Positions 43,147 through 51,709 of a stretch of DNA of 53,095 bases are shown here, in pieces. The stretch comes from an uncultured Candidatus Saccharibacteria bacterium (lineage in GTDB: Bacteria > Patescibacteriota > Minisyncoccia > CAIUEV01 > JAHKAQ01). Made by a program: the position numbers and the translations under genes. The stretch's first letter is position 1. The number at the start of each line of letters is the position of its first letter. The stretch spans positions 1 through 53,095 of the forward strand of contig CAZTZK010000024.1 in NCBI GenBank assembly GCA_964618065.1. Direction: 5' to 3'. Below the pieces are notes generated by a model, which saw nothing but the letters and a program-made list of their open reading frames with translations, was not told the DNA's origin and did not search any database.

Positions 43147-44238
43147 ATGCAACGCAAGAAAAGATCTTCAAGGGGGAAACAAATTAATATTGATAATTTT
43201 CTGGATAAATATGGGACTCCCTTTGATATTGTTATGGAAACTATTCAACAATTACCCAATAGCAGGATGCAAGATATTCTCTTAAAAAGATTCGGGCTTA
43301 GTGGCTCTGATTTTGAAACTTTAGAAGCTATTGGAAAAGAAATGGGAGTAACCAGAGAAAGGATTCGCCAAATTGAAAATGAGGCTTTAAAAAAACTTAT
43401 AAACAATAAGAATATAAAAGGAATAGAAGAATTAGCCAAGAGAATCAATAATCTGCTTTTGGATTATCAGGGGATAGCTAGTGAGACTAGAATTATCAAT
43501 GAATTTAGTCATAAAAAGTTAGAAGATTTTGATAAAAAAGCTCTAGTTCTAGTTTTAAATTTAGGAAGTGATTTTTATTTTCTTAATAAACCCTTAGAAT
43601 ATGAGAGGTCTTGGTACTTAAGAGGGGCTAAGATTGATTTTATTCAAAAAATAAGGGATAGATTGATTAAAAAATTGGAAAGAGAAAAAAGTCCAATTTC
43701 TCGCCAAAAAATGATTAATATTCTTAACTCTTACTTGGATCTTAAAAAAATACCTAATCAAATTTTGTATTCTTATATTGATATCCCCAAAGCAATTCAA
43801 CAAGACATTTTTGGCAATTGGGGTATTTATAATTGGCCGGAAATTAATCCAAGAGGATCAAGAGACAAAATTTATCTTGCTCTTAAAAAGGTAGGACGTC
43901 CTTTACACTTTAGTAAGATAACTAAAGAAGTTAATAAATTACGGGTTGATGAAAAAATAGCTCGGACTCCCACTATTCACAATGAACTGATTAAAGACCC
44001 TCGTTTTATTTTAATTGGTAGAGGAGTTTATGCTTTAAAAGAATGGAAATATCAACCAGGGACAGTAAAGGATGTTTTGAAAAATATTCTCAAAAAATAT
44101 AAAAAACCTATGGATAAAGATTCCCTAGTTAGAGAAACTTTAAAACAACGTCAAGTAAAACCAGCCACTGTAATTTTAAATCTTAACTGTTCTGAATTTT
44201 TCAAAAAAGATAAAGAAAATTTATATTCCTTGAAGTAG
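43147..44238 (+). CDS. Sigma-70 region-4 domain plus HARE-HTH domain DNA-binding protein (not a complete sigma factor)
   Basis: 363 aa. The N-terminal ...DILLKRFGLSGSDFETLEAIGKEMGVTRERIRQIENEALKKL matches sigma70 region 4.2, and no region 2 is seen. Residues ~240-300 (KIYLALKKVGRPLHFSKITKEV...IHNELIKDPRFILIGRGVYALKEW) match the HARE-HTH pattern. Confidence 0.6.
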   Translation: MQRKKRSSRGKQINIDNFLDKYGTPFDIVMETIQQLPNSRMQDILLKRFGLSGSDFETLEAIGKEMGVTRERIRQIENEALKKLINNKNIKGIEELAKRINNLLLDYQGIASETRIINEFSHKKLEDFDKKALVLVLNLGSDFYFLNKPLEYERSWYLRGAKIDFIQKIRDRLIKKLEREKSPISRQKMINILNSYLDLKKIPNQILYSYIDIPKAIQQDIFGNWGIYNWPEINPRGSRDKIYLALKKVGRPLHFSKITKEVNKLRVDEKIARTPTIHNELIKDPRFILIGRGVYALKEWKYQPGTVKDVLKNILKKYKKPMDKDSLVRETLKQRQVKPATVILNLNCSEFFKKDKENLYSLK

Positions 44239-44273
44239 TTCCAGAAGAGTAATTTAAAAAAGGAATACTAAAT

Positions 44274-44300
44274 AAAAAATATCTCAGAGAGATATTTTTT
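44274..44300. terminator. Bidirectional hairpin terminator between convergent genes
   Basis: AAAAAATATCTC (44274-44285) pairs with GAGATATTTTTT (44289-44300) around a 3-nt loop. It abuts the efp stop codon. Confidence 0.65.
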
Positions 44301-44865
44301 ATTTAGTATTTACTCTTTTTACGTAACTGCCATCTTGAGTATTTATTCTTATGGTGTCTCCTTCTTTTATAAAAATAGGCACTTTTAATTGATAACCAGT
44401 CTCAATCTTTGCTGTTTTAGAAGCTCCTTCTGCAGTATTTCCCTTTATGGCAGGAGGGGACTCAATTACTTTAAAACTTATTTTTATTGGTAGATCTATA
44501 TTGATTGGGGCTCCATTATGATAAATTATTTCTACTTGGCATCCTTCTGTTAAAAAGTTTGTCAAATTGCCTAAAACATTTTTTTCTAGAGAAAATTGAT
44601 TATAGTTTAATTGATCCATAAAAAAATAAGAATTTTTTTCGGAATAAAGAAATTGAGCTTTTTCTCTGGTTAAATCAGCTTCTTCTATTTTATCAGCACT
44701 TCTAAGAGTGTTCTCAAAAATGTTACCATTTTTGAGATTTTTTAATTTGGTTCTCAAAACTGAATTTTGTCTTCCTATTTTTGAAAAAACAGCTTTCAAA
44801 ACCCTATAAGGTTCTTTTTTAATTTCAATTTCAGCTCCTACTTTAATTTTTTTAATATCGAGCAT
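44299..44865 (-). CDS. efp: Elongation factor P (Arg32-type loop)
   Basis: 188 aa from ATG 44865 (MLDIKKIKVGAEIEIKKEPYRVLKAVFSKIGRQNSVLRTKLKNLKNG...). The ORF track extends to 44916, which would overlap rpsR. The three-domain EF-P pattern is present. Confidence 0.9.
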   Translation of the reverse strand: MLDIKKIKVGAEIEIKKEPYRVLKAVFSKIGRQNSVLRTKLKNLKNGNIFENTLRSADKIEEADLTREKAQFLYSEKNSYFFMDQLNYNQFSLEKNVLGNLTNFLTEGCQVEIIYHNGAPINIDLPIKISFKVIESPPAIKGNTAEGASKTAKIETGYQLKVPIFIKEGDTIRINTQDGSYVKRVNTK

Positions 44866-44887
44866 AAAAGAAAAAAGCGATTTTGAT

Positions 44888-45103
44888 TTAAGTTTTTGAG
44901 AAAGGCAAAAGAGCAATAACTCTGGCTCTTTTTACAGTTTTAGCAACTAACCTTTGGTGAAGCGCACAAAGTGAAGTTTTTCTGGGAGGTCTAATTTTAC
45001 CCTGGGGAGTAATAAATTTTTGGAGAAGGCTTGTATCTTTATAATCAATTTTTTTAATTCCATTAACACAAAGATAACAATCTTTCTTACGATTTTCTGC
45101 CAT
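44888..45103 (-). CDS. rpsR: 30S ribosomal protein S18
   Basis: 71 aa. ...[50 protein letters not shown]. Confidence 0.93.
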   Translation of the reverse strand: MAENRKKDCYLCVNGIKKIDYKDTSLLQKFITPQGKIRPPRKTSLCALHQRLVAKTVKRARVIALLPFSKT

Positions 45104-45125
45104 GGATCTTATTTAAATATTATTT

Positions 45126-45617
45126 TTAAAAAGGGATGTCTTCAATTTTTATTTCTTCTTCTTCATCTTCAGAGTTATTGCTTTCTCCCGATTTTGATTT
45201 TTTCGGAGTATCATTTTTCCCCTTAACATTTTTTTGACTATCGTTCTTATCCTGCTTCCAATTACTATTATCTCCTCTAGGTTTGCTTCCCATTTGCATT
45301 CTTCCATCTAATCCACTTAAGACAATTTCTGTTTTATATCTTCTCATTCCATCTTTGCCTTCCCAGTTTCTCGTTTCAATTCTTCCCTCTAAGTAGACTT
45401 CCTGGCCTTTAATTAGATATTGAGCTGCAATCTCGGCTACTTTTCCCCACAGAACAACATCATGGAATTCTGTCTTTTCTTGTTTCTCTCCAGCTTGATT
45501 TGTCCAATTTTGGCTGGTGGCTACTGATAGTGAAGTGACGGATTTACCGTTTGGTGTTGTGCGCGCTTCAGGATCTTTGGTAAGTCTTCCGACGATTATA
45601 GCTTTGTTTACATTCAT
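45126..45617 (-). CDS. ssb: Single-stranded DNA-binding protein
   Basis: 163 aa. OB fold MNVNKAIIVGRLTKDPEARTTPNGKSVTSLSVAT...FHDVVLWGK..., disordered tail ending in the acidic tip EDIPF. Confidence 0.93.
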   Translation of the reverse strand: MNVNKAIIVGRLTKDPEARTTPNGKSVTSLSVATSQNWTNQAGEKQEKTEFHDVVLWGKVAEIAAQYLIKGQEVYLEGRIETRNWEGKDGMRRYKTEIVLSGLDGRMQMGSKPRGDNSNWKQDKNDSQKNVKGKNDTPKKSKSGESNNSEDEEEEIKIEDIPF

Positions 45618-45636
45618 AGCTTTTATTAAAATTTAT

Positions 45637-46299
45637 TTATAATAAATCGTCTTTTAAAATTTCATCTATTTTTTTATCTAGCTCTTCAAATTTCAGTTTA
45701 TCTTTCTCATCGGTAGTTTTCTGGGGAGCTGTTTCTTTCTTTGTAGGCTCTTTTTTTTCAGTTTCTGGCATTTCTTTTTTCTTTTCTTTCTTTTCTGGTT
45801 TTACTTTCTTCTTTAATTCAACCTTGATTTCTTTTTTCACTTTCTTCGGACTGGGCGTTAATATTTCTACTGTTTTTTCTTCCTCGGGCTCTTTTTTGTC
45901 TTTCAGTTTAGTTGCTTCTATTTTTTTGTCTTCTTTAATCTCTTTAAGAACTTTTTCTCCTTTGGCTCTTTCTTCTGTTTTTTCTTCTTCTAAACCTGGT
46001 AAACTATCAGCTTTTACCAACAAATATCTTAGAATGTCTTCTTTAGTCTTAACTCTAAGGTCTTTTTCTATCTTTCTAATTTTATCTTTTTCAATTAGGA
46101 CTCTGCTTATGAAGTAGGTGCCGTTTCTTTTGCCTTTGATAGGGTAGGCCAACTTTCTTTTTTGGGGACTACCTTCTTTTATTATTTTACCTTCGTTCTC
46201 TTCAATTATTTCCCTTATATCTTTTTTGATTGAATCTGATCTTTCAAAATTGTTAATTGGAACGATGTAAATTAATTCGTATTCAATATACTCTTTCAT
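45637..46299 (-). CDS. rpsF: 30S ribosomal protein S6 with a ~120-aa Lys/Glu-rich C-terminal extension
   Basis: 220 aa. The first ~100 aa are S6-like (YELIYIVP...RKLAYPIKGKRNGTYF...ILRYLLVK). The rpsF-ssb-rpsR order is conserved. The tail is K/E/P low complexity. Confidence 0.85.
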   Translation of the reverse strand: MKEYIEYELIYIVPINNFERSDSIKKDIREIIEENEGKIIKEGSPQKRKLAYPIKGKRNGTYFISRVLIEKDKIRKIEKDLRVKTKEDILRYLLVKADSLPGLEEEKTEERAKGEKVLKEIKEDKKIEATKLKDKKEPEEEKTVEILTPSPKKVKKEIKVELKKKVKPEKKEKKKEMPETEKKEPTKKETAPQKTTDEKDKLKFEELDKKIDEILKDDLL

Positions 46300-46691
46300 G
46301 TATTAAATCTTATTAAAAAATAAATTAATTAAATATTAAATATTATTTGACGGATAGAAGGACCTCAATTTATAATTTTTTATAAAATAAAACCTGAATT
46401 TAAGTCTAGTAAAGTTATCCAAGTTTATCAACTAAAACTAAAATATCTTTTTAAATAAAAACTAAAAATTACTGCCTTCTTCAAAACAGATTAGCAATTA
46501 TCTGAAAAGATTAAAAATTATAACTCAAACCTTCTTACTTTGATAGCCCTAAGTATAACAAAGAAAAAGGGAATGTAAAGGCGATAAATTATTTGATTAA
46601 TTTCTAAGCCCGGGTAGTTGTTTTTTATGTTTATCCAGTATAGAATTCTCTTATAGTGTTTGTTTTTAAATAACAATTTTTAATTAAATTT

Positions 46692-47954
46692 ATGGGTAAT
46701 AGCTTTTTTATTAGGGGAAAACAAAAAATTGGAGGAGAAATTAATGTAAGAGGAGCGAAGAATTTTGTTTTAAAGATTCTGGCAGCTTCTTTACTAACAG
46801 ATGAACCTTGTTTAATCAAAAACGTTCCTCAAATAACTGACGTTGACGTTATGCTAAAACTTTTAAAGAAAATAGGTGCAAGGGTTGATAAAGATGGTAA
46901 AAGAAGTTTAAAAATTCAATCTAGAAGCATTAAAAATTTTGAAATAGATTTTGAAGACGCCCGAAAAGTAAGGGCTTCTATTGTTTTATCAGGACCGCTT
47001 TTAGCAAGAGGAGGGGAGTTTATTATCCCTCATCCGGGAGGAGATATAATAGGGAAAAGACCGATTGATTTTTTTCTGAAAGGATTTGAAAAAATGGGAG
47101 TGAGGATTGAAAAGAGTGATTCTAAATTTAGATTAAGAACCGAAGGAAGATTAAAAGGAGCTAATATATTTTTTCCAAAAATTAGTGTGACTGGTACGGA
47201 AACATTAGTATTAGCGGCGGTTTTAGCTAAGGGAAATACTATTATCAAAAATGCTGCTCTGGAACCGGAAGTGGTTCATCTTTGCTGGTGCCTTGTTAAA
47301 ATGGGAGCTAAAATTAGAGGAATTGGTACCAGCTCTTTAAAAATAGAAGGAGTCCAAAAATTAAAGGGAGGGATTTTTAAAACTATGCCAGACAGAATTG
47401 AAACAGGTACTTTTGCTATGTTGGGAGTAATGAACAATGCTGACCTAACTATTAAAAATTGTAATCCCAGTCACTTAGAAGCCCTCTGGAATAAATTAGA
47501 AGAGGCGGGTGCGAAAATAGAAATTGGAGAAAATGAAGTGCATACTTTTCCCTTGAAGAAAAGGATTAAAGGAATTCCTCTCCAAACTCATGAATATCCT
47601 GGATTTGCTACTGATTTACAGCCTATCTATACATTATTAATGACTCAAGCACAGGGGGTGAGTTTAATTCATGATCCAGTATTTGAAGGGCGTCTTTTCT
47701 TTACTGATATTTTAAACAGAATGGGAGCTGATATTATTATTTGTGATCCCCATCGGGTTGTAGTAAATGGACCAACTAATTTCTTAGGGAAGCATATTGA
47801 GAGTCCGGATATCCGAGCTGGAATTGCTTTAATTCTAGCTGCTATGCTAGCTAAAGGAGAAAGTGTTATCGATAATGTAGAAATTATTGACCGAGGCTAT
47901 GAAAATATTGAAGAGCGACTTAGGAAAATAGGGGCGGACATTAAAAGAAGTTAG
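46692..47954 (+). CDS. murA: UDP-N-acetylglucosamine 1-carboxyvinyltransferase
   Basis: 420 aa. I(R)GKQKIGGEINVRGAKN, GGDIIGKRPID (fosfomycin-site loop region), HEYPGFATDLQP, VIDNVEIIDRGYENIEERL. Confidence 0.95.
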   Translation: MGNSFFIRGKQKIGGEINVRGAKNFVLKILAASLLTDEPCLIKNVPQITDVDVMLKLLKKIGARVDKDGKRSLKIQSRSIKNFEIDFEDARKVRASIVLSGPLLARGGEFIIPHPGGDIIGKRPIDFFLKGFEKMGVRIEKSDSKFRLRTEGRLKGANIFFPKISVTGTETLVLAAVLAKGNTIIKNAALEPEVVHLCWCLVKMGAKIRGIGTSSLKIEGVQKLKGGIFKTMPDRIETGTFAMLGVMNNADLTIKNCNPSHLEALWNKLEEAGAKIEIGENEVHTFPLKKRIKGIPLQTHEYPGFATDLQPIYTLLMTQAQGVSLIHDPVFEGRLFFTDILNRMGADIIICDPHRVVVNGPTNFLGKHIESPDIRAGIALILAAMLAKGESVIDNVEIIDRGYENIEERLRKIGADIKRS

Positions 47955-47981
47955 GAAAATTTATAATTCATAATTTAAAAA

Positions 47982-48989
47982 GTGTTTACTAAAAAAATCG
48001 GGATTGATCTTGGAACATCTAATACTTTAATTTCAATACCGGGAAAAGGAATTATCCTAAATGAGCCTTCAGTTGTTGCTGTTTCAATTGAAGATAATAG
48101 AATTTTAGCTATTGGAGCTAAGGCTAAAAAAATGATTGGGAGAACCCCCGAATTAATAATGGCTTCTCGTCCTATGAAAGACGGGGTGATAGCTGATTTT
48201 AGAATTACGGAAGCCATGTTACGTTATTTTATAGAAAAAGCGGGGGGAAAATTTAGATTTTTTAGACCAGAAGTAGTAATTTCTATCCCGGCAGGTATAA
48301 CTTCTACAGAGAGAAGGGCGGTTATTAATGCTGCTCTAGATGCAGGGGCAAAAGCGGCTTATGTAATAAAAGAACCTATTTTAGCAGCTATGGGAGCTAA
48401 TATTCCAATTGATTCAGCCTCTGGCAATATGATAATTGATATAGGTGGCGGGACAACTGAAGTAGCCGTAATTTCTTTGGGCGGAGTAGTAGCTGCTACT
48501 TCTAGTAGGGTAGGAGGTAATAAATTTGACGAAGCTATTAAAGAATATGTTAGAAAAAAATACGCTTTAGCTATTGGAGATCAAACAGCGGAAAAAATTA
48601 AAATTGATATAGGGAGTGCTTTAACTAGGAATAAAGAAGAAGAAATAGAAATTAAAGGGAGGGATATGATGGCTGGTCTTCCTAAAACAATTATTTTGAA
48701 AACTAATGAAACTACGGAAGCTATCTCCGATGAATTGGGAGAAATCGTAAGAGCCATCAAAGAAGTGCTTCAAGTAACACCACCAGAACTGGCAGCTGAC
48801 ATAATTGATAGAGGGATTATTCTTTCAGGGGGAGGTAGCTTATTAAAAAATATGGATCAATTAGTTTCTCGGTCGGTTGAAGTCCCTTGTTATGTAGCTG
48901 ATGATCCTCTTCTTTGTGTTTCTAGGGGAACGGTTAAAATTCTTAATAATCTTGATATTTATAAAAAAAGTATTATCACTAAAGGATAA
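47982..48989 (+). CDS. mreB: Rod-shape-determining protein MreB
   Basis: 335 aa, GTG start. IGIDLGTSNTLI, PMKDGVIADF, IIDIGGGTTEVAVISLGG, ILSGGGSLLKNMD. Confidence 0.95.
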   Translation: MFTKKIGIDLGTSNTLISIPGKGIILNEPSVVAVSIEDNRILAIGAKAKKMIGRTPELIMASRPMKDGVIADFRITEAMLRYFIEKAGGKFRFFRPEVVISIPAGITSTERRAVINAALDAGAKAAYVIKEPILAAMGANIPIDSASGNMIIDIGGGTTEVAVISLGGVVAATSSRVGGNKFDEAIKEYVRKKYALAIGDQTAEKIKIDIGSALTRNKEEEIEIKGRDMMAGLPKTIILKTNETTEAISDELGEIVRAIKEVLQVTPPELAADIIDRGIILSGGGSLLKNMDQLVSRSVEVPCYVADDPLLCVSRGTVKILNNLDIYKKSIITKG

Positions 48990-50110
48990 TGGTTATTGGA
49001 ATAGATGCCTCTAGGGCTTTTATGAAAGAGAGAAGCGGGGTAGGAGAATATGCTCGTGAATTATTAGAAGCTTTAGTTAATAAAGAGCATCTTCTTGCTA
49101 GCCATAAAATAATCCTCTTTGTAAAGCCGGGGCAAGATATAAAATCTTTCTCTAAAAAAATTCCTCTAAACTGGAGCTTTTGTACTATTCGTTTTTTCCC
49201 CATTTTTTGGAACCAAGGAGGTCTTTTTTTAAAAACTCTCTTTTTAAAATTAGATTTGCTTTTTGTCCCGAGTAATTCTCTTCCTCTATTATTCAACAAG
49301 AAAACGATTTATGTTCTCCACGGACTTGAAATGGAAGAAGCACCCCAATGCTATCCTCTTTTTAGCAGATTTATTAATAACTGGCTTTCAAAAAAAAGTT
49401 TAATTAAAGCAGACAAAGTTTTAACTTTCTCTAGAACAACAGCTCAAAAAGCCGTTAAGCTTTACGGCATAGATTCTCAAAAAATAAAAATTATCTATCA
49501 AGGATTTAGAAAAATAAAGAAAAAATATTTTTTAAAGCCAGAGTTTGAATTAATCTTTAAAAATATTTTAGAGAACCCCTATTTAATTTATGTAGGGAAT
49601 TTAGATAAAAGGAAAAATATTAAAGGAATTATTGAGGCTTTTAATTTAATAAAACGAGAAAATAAAAACCTTGGCTTGGTATTATTGGGGAAAAGGGGAT
49701 TTGGCTATTCTTCAATTAGAAAAAAAATTGAAAGTTCAAAATGGAAAAATGATATTTGGGAAACCGGTTACTTAAGTAAAGCAGAGAAAATGTTTTTAAT
49801 AAGCCGATCCTGTTGTCTTGTTTGTGTTAGTTTTGCGGAAGGTTTTGGAAGAACTGTTTTAGAAGCTCTATCTCTAAATGTTCCTGTAGTTATTTCTAAA
49901 ATTGGAGTTTTTTTAGAGTTATACAAAAATCAAGGTTACTTTGTAAATCAAAACAACCCTTTAAAAATAAAAGCAGGGATTGCTAAGGTTCTAGAAGCGA
50001 AAAATAATAACAGTTTAATTAAAAACGACTCAAAGCTCCCGGATGCTTATAATTGGGATAAAATTTCCACTCAAGTAGCAAAAGAAATAATTTCATTTGA
50101 CAAAAATTGA
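48989..50110 (+). CDS. Glycosyltransferase, GT-B fold (family 4/1)
   Basis: 373 aa. C-terminal ...CVSFAEGFGRTVLEALSLNVPVVISK.... TAATG overlap with the mreB stop. Confidence 0.8.
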   Translation: MVIGIDASRAFMKERSGVGEYARELLEALVNKEHLLASHKIILFVKPGQDIKSFSKKIPLNWSFCTIRFFPIFWNQGGLFLKTLFLKLDLLFVPSNSLPLLFNKKTIYVLHGLEMEEAPQCYPLFSRFINNWLSKKSLIKADKVLTFSRTTAQKAVKLYGIDSQKIKIIYQGFRKIKKKYFLKPEFELIFKNILENPYLIYVGNLDKRKNIKGIIEAFNLIKRENKNLGLVLLGKRGFGYSSIRKKIESSKWKNDIWETGYLSKAEKMFLISRSCCLVCVSFAEGFGRTVLEALSLNVPVVISKIGVFLELYKNQGYFVNQNNPLKIKAGIAKVLEAKNNNSLIKNDSKLPDAYNWDKISTQVAKEIISFDKN

Positions 50111-50232
50111 ATTTCTTATATTTTATTGAGAGTCATCAAAGCTAAGGTTTTTTCTGAAAATGATTTTTAAAGAAGTTGCTCATTCTAATTTAAATTATAA
50201 AAATAAAAATTTTGCTTATATTTTTTAAAAGG

Positions 50233-50266
50233 CAGGTTAAGAGCTTTTTAGCTAAAACCTGTTTTT
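50233..50266 (+). terminator. Rho-independent terminator upstream of greA
   Basis: CAGGTT (50233-50238) pairs with AACCTG (50256-50261), with an inner AGCT-TTTT-AGCT stem, followed by TTTTT (50262-50266). Confidence 0.5.
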
Positions 50267-50290
50267 AATAATAAATTTAATTAATCAGCT

Positions 50291-50758
50291 ATGGAAAACG
50301 GTAAATATTTAACTAGAGAAGGTCTTGAAAAAATAAAAGAAGAGCTTTTTAGAAGAAAGAAAAATAATCGTCAAGAGATAGCGCAAGCGATTAAAGAGGC
50401 TAAGGAGCAGGGCGATCTTAGTGAAAATGCAGAATATAGTGAGGCTAAATCTAAAGAGAATGAAAATGAAAAAAGGATATCCGAACTGGAATCTATTATT
50501 AAAAATAGTACGGTAGTTAGAAAAAATAGTCAGAGTAAAAAAGTTGAAATTGGAAGTACTGTTAAGGTGCAAACAATGAAAACTATTCGTTCTTTTACTA
50601 TTGTTGGCAGCGATGAAGCTGAACCTGGCCTTAACAAAATCTCTAATGAATCTCCTATTGGCTCAGCTCTTTTAGGCAAAACTTGCAATGATACTGTTGT
50701 TGTAAAAGTTCCCGGAGGAAAGGTGAAATACAAAATTGTGGAGATTGAAAATAAATAA
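50291..50758 (+). CDS. greA: Transcription elongation factor GreA
   Basis: 155 aa. LTREGLEKIKEEL...AIKEAKEQGDLSENAEYSEAK coiled-coil finger, and a C-terminal FKBP-like domain ...ISNESPIGSALLGK.... Confidence 0.93.
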   Translation: MENGKYLTREGLEKIKEELFRRKKNNRQEIAQAIKEAKEQGDLSENAEYSEAKSKENENEKRISELESIIKNSTVVRKNSQSKKVEIGSTVKVQTMKTIRSFTIVGSDEAEPGLNKISNESPIGSALLGKTCNDTVVVKVPGGKVKYKIVEIENK

Positions 50759-50804
50759 TAAATAACCATTAATTTTCAATTTAAAAAATAATTAAATATT
50801 CTTT

Positions 50805-51482
50805 ATGAAAAAAAAGATTTTAATTAAGTTTGGAGGATCCATCATGACTCCTCATTTACCAGATGCGGTTTATATTAAAAAATTTTGTAATTTCATAAAG
50901 AAACTCAATAAAAATTATCGGTTTGCTTTGGTGGTTGGCGGAGGAGGGATTAACACACTTTATAATGAAACGGCTAAAAAGATTTCTCGGGTAGACAATA
51001 AAGGCTTAGATTGGATTGGAATTTATGCCAGCCGACTTAATGCCAGATTATTAGCAAGTGTTTTAGGGAAAAAGTGTCATCCTAAGATAATTACTGACCC
51101 CACCGCTGATTTAAACTGGAAAAAAGATTTTTTAGTAGGTGCCGGCTGGGAACCTGGTTGGTCAACTAATTATGTGGCTTTAATTTTAGCTAAAAAAATT
51201 AAAGCGGATATGATTTTTACAGCTACTAATATTGATTACATTTTTGACAAAGATCCCAGAGAATTTAAAGACGCCAAACCTCTTAAAAAAATAAACTGGC
51301 AATCATTAAGAGAAATAGTAGGAGATGAGTGGAAACCGCGAATGCATGTTCCTCTTGATCCTTCTGCTATCCGTTTTGCTCAAAAAAATAAAATGAAAGT
51401 TATCAATCTTAATGGAAAAAATCTCTCTAATCTAAAAAGAGCAATTGAAGGGAAGAAATTTAAAGGAACAATTGTTTCTTAG
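50805..51482 (+). CDS. pyrH: UMP kinase, archaeal-type (amino-acid kinase fold)
   Basis: 225 aa. IKFGGSIM, ALVVGGGG, GIYASRLNARLL, GAGWEPGWSTNYVALILAKKIKADMIFTATNIDYIFDKDP. The length and motif spacing resemble archaeal PyrH rather than the bacterial ~240-aa type. Confidence 0.75.
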   Translation: MKKKILIKFGGSIMTPHLPDAVYIKKFCNFIKKLNKNYRFALVVGGGGINTLYNETAKKISRVDNKGLDWIGIYASRLNARLLASVLGKKCHPKIITDPTADLNWKKDFLVGAGWEPGWSTNYVALILAKKIKADMIFTATNIDYIFDKDPREFKDAKPLKKINWQSLREIVGDEWKPRMHVPLDPSAIRFAQKNKMKVINLNGKNLSNLKRAIEGKKFKGTIVS

Positions 51483-51709
51483 CAGAACACAGTTAAGAAT
51501 CCCCATTCAATTGGAAAATTTTTTCTCTCGTGTTATCATTTAGTAAAGAAGAAGTTCGCGCAGCAATTGGAGAATCTTATTGCATTTTTCTCTTTCTAGC
51601 TGTTTATTGGATTGAAAAAAATAAGAAAATTACCGATTTAATTTTAAAAATTTTAAGTTTGAAGGAAAAAGCTTATCACTTTTAAATTAAAAAATTTTTT
51701 AGAAAAAAA

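Noticed and set aside
44866-44916. 17-codon N-terminal extension of efp ([17 protein letters not shown])
   Set aside because: It would overlap the 3' end of rpsR by 29 nt and adds residues not found in EF-P. ATG 44865 gives the canonical EF-P N-terminus and puts the loop Arg at position 32.
46300-46691. Replication origin (oriC), suggested by two TTATCCA-core DnaA-box-like 9-mers (46415-46423 and 46631-46639) in a long AT-rich spacer
   Set aside because: There are only two 7/9 matches, 216 bp apart. The same TTATCCA heptamer occurs repeatedly elsewhere in the window (for example near 21098, 21320 and 34095) at roughly the frequency expected by chance. No dnaA, dnaN or other origin-linked gene is adjacent. 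The evidence is insufficient without GC-skew analysis.
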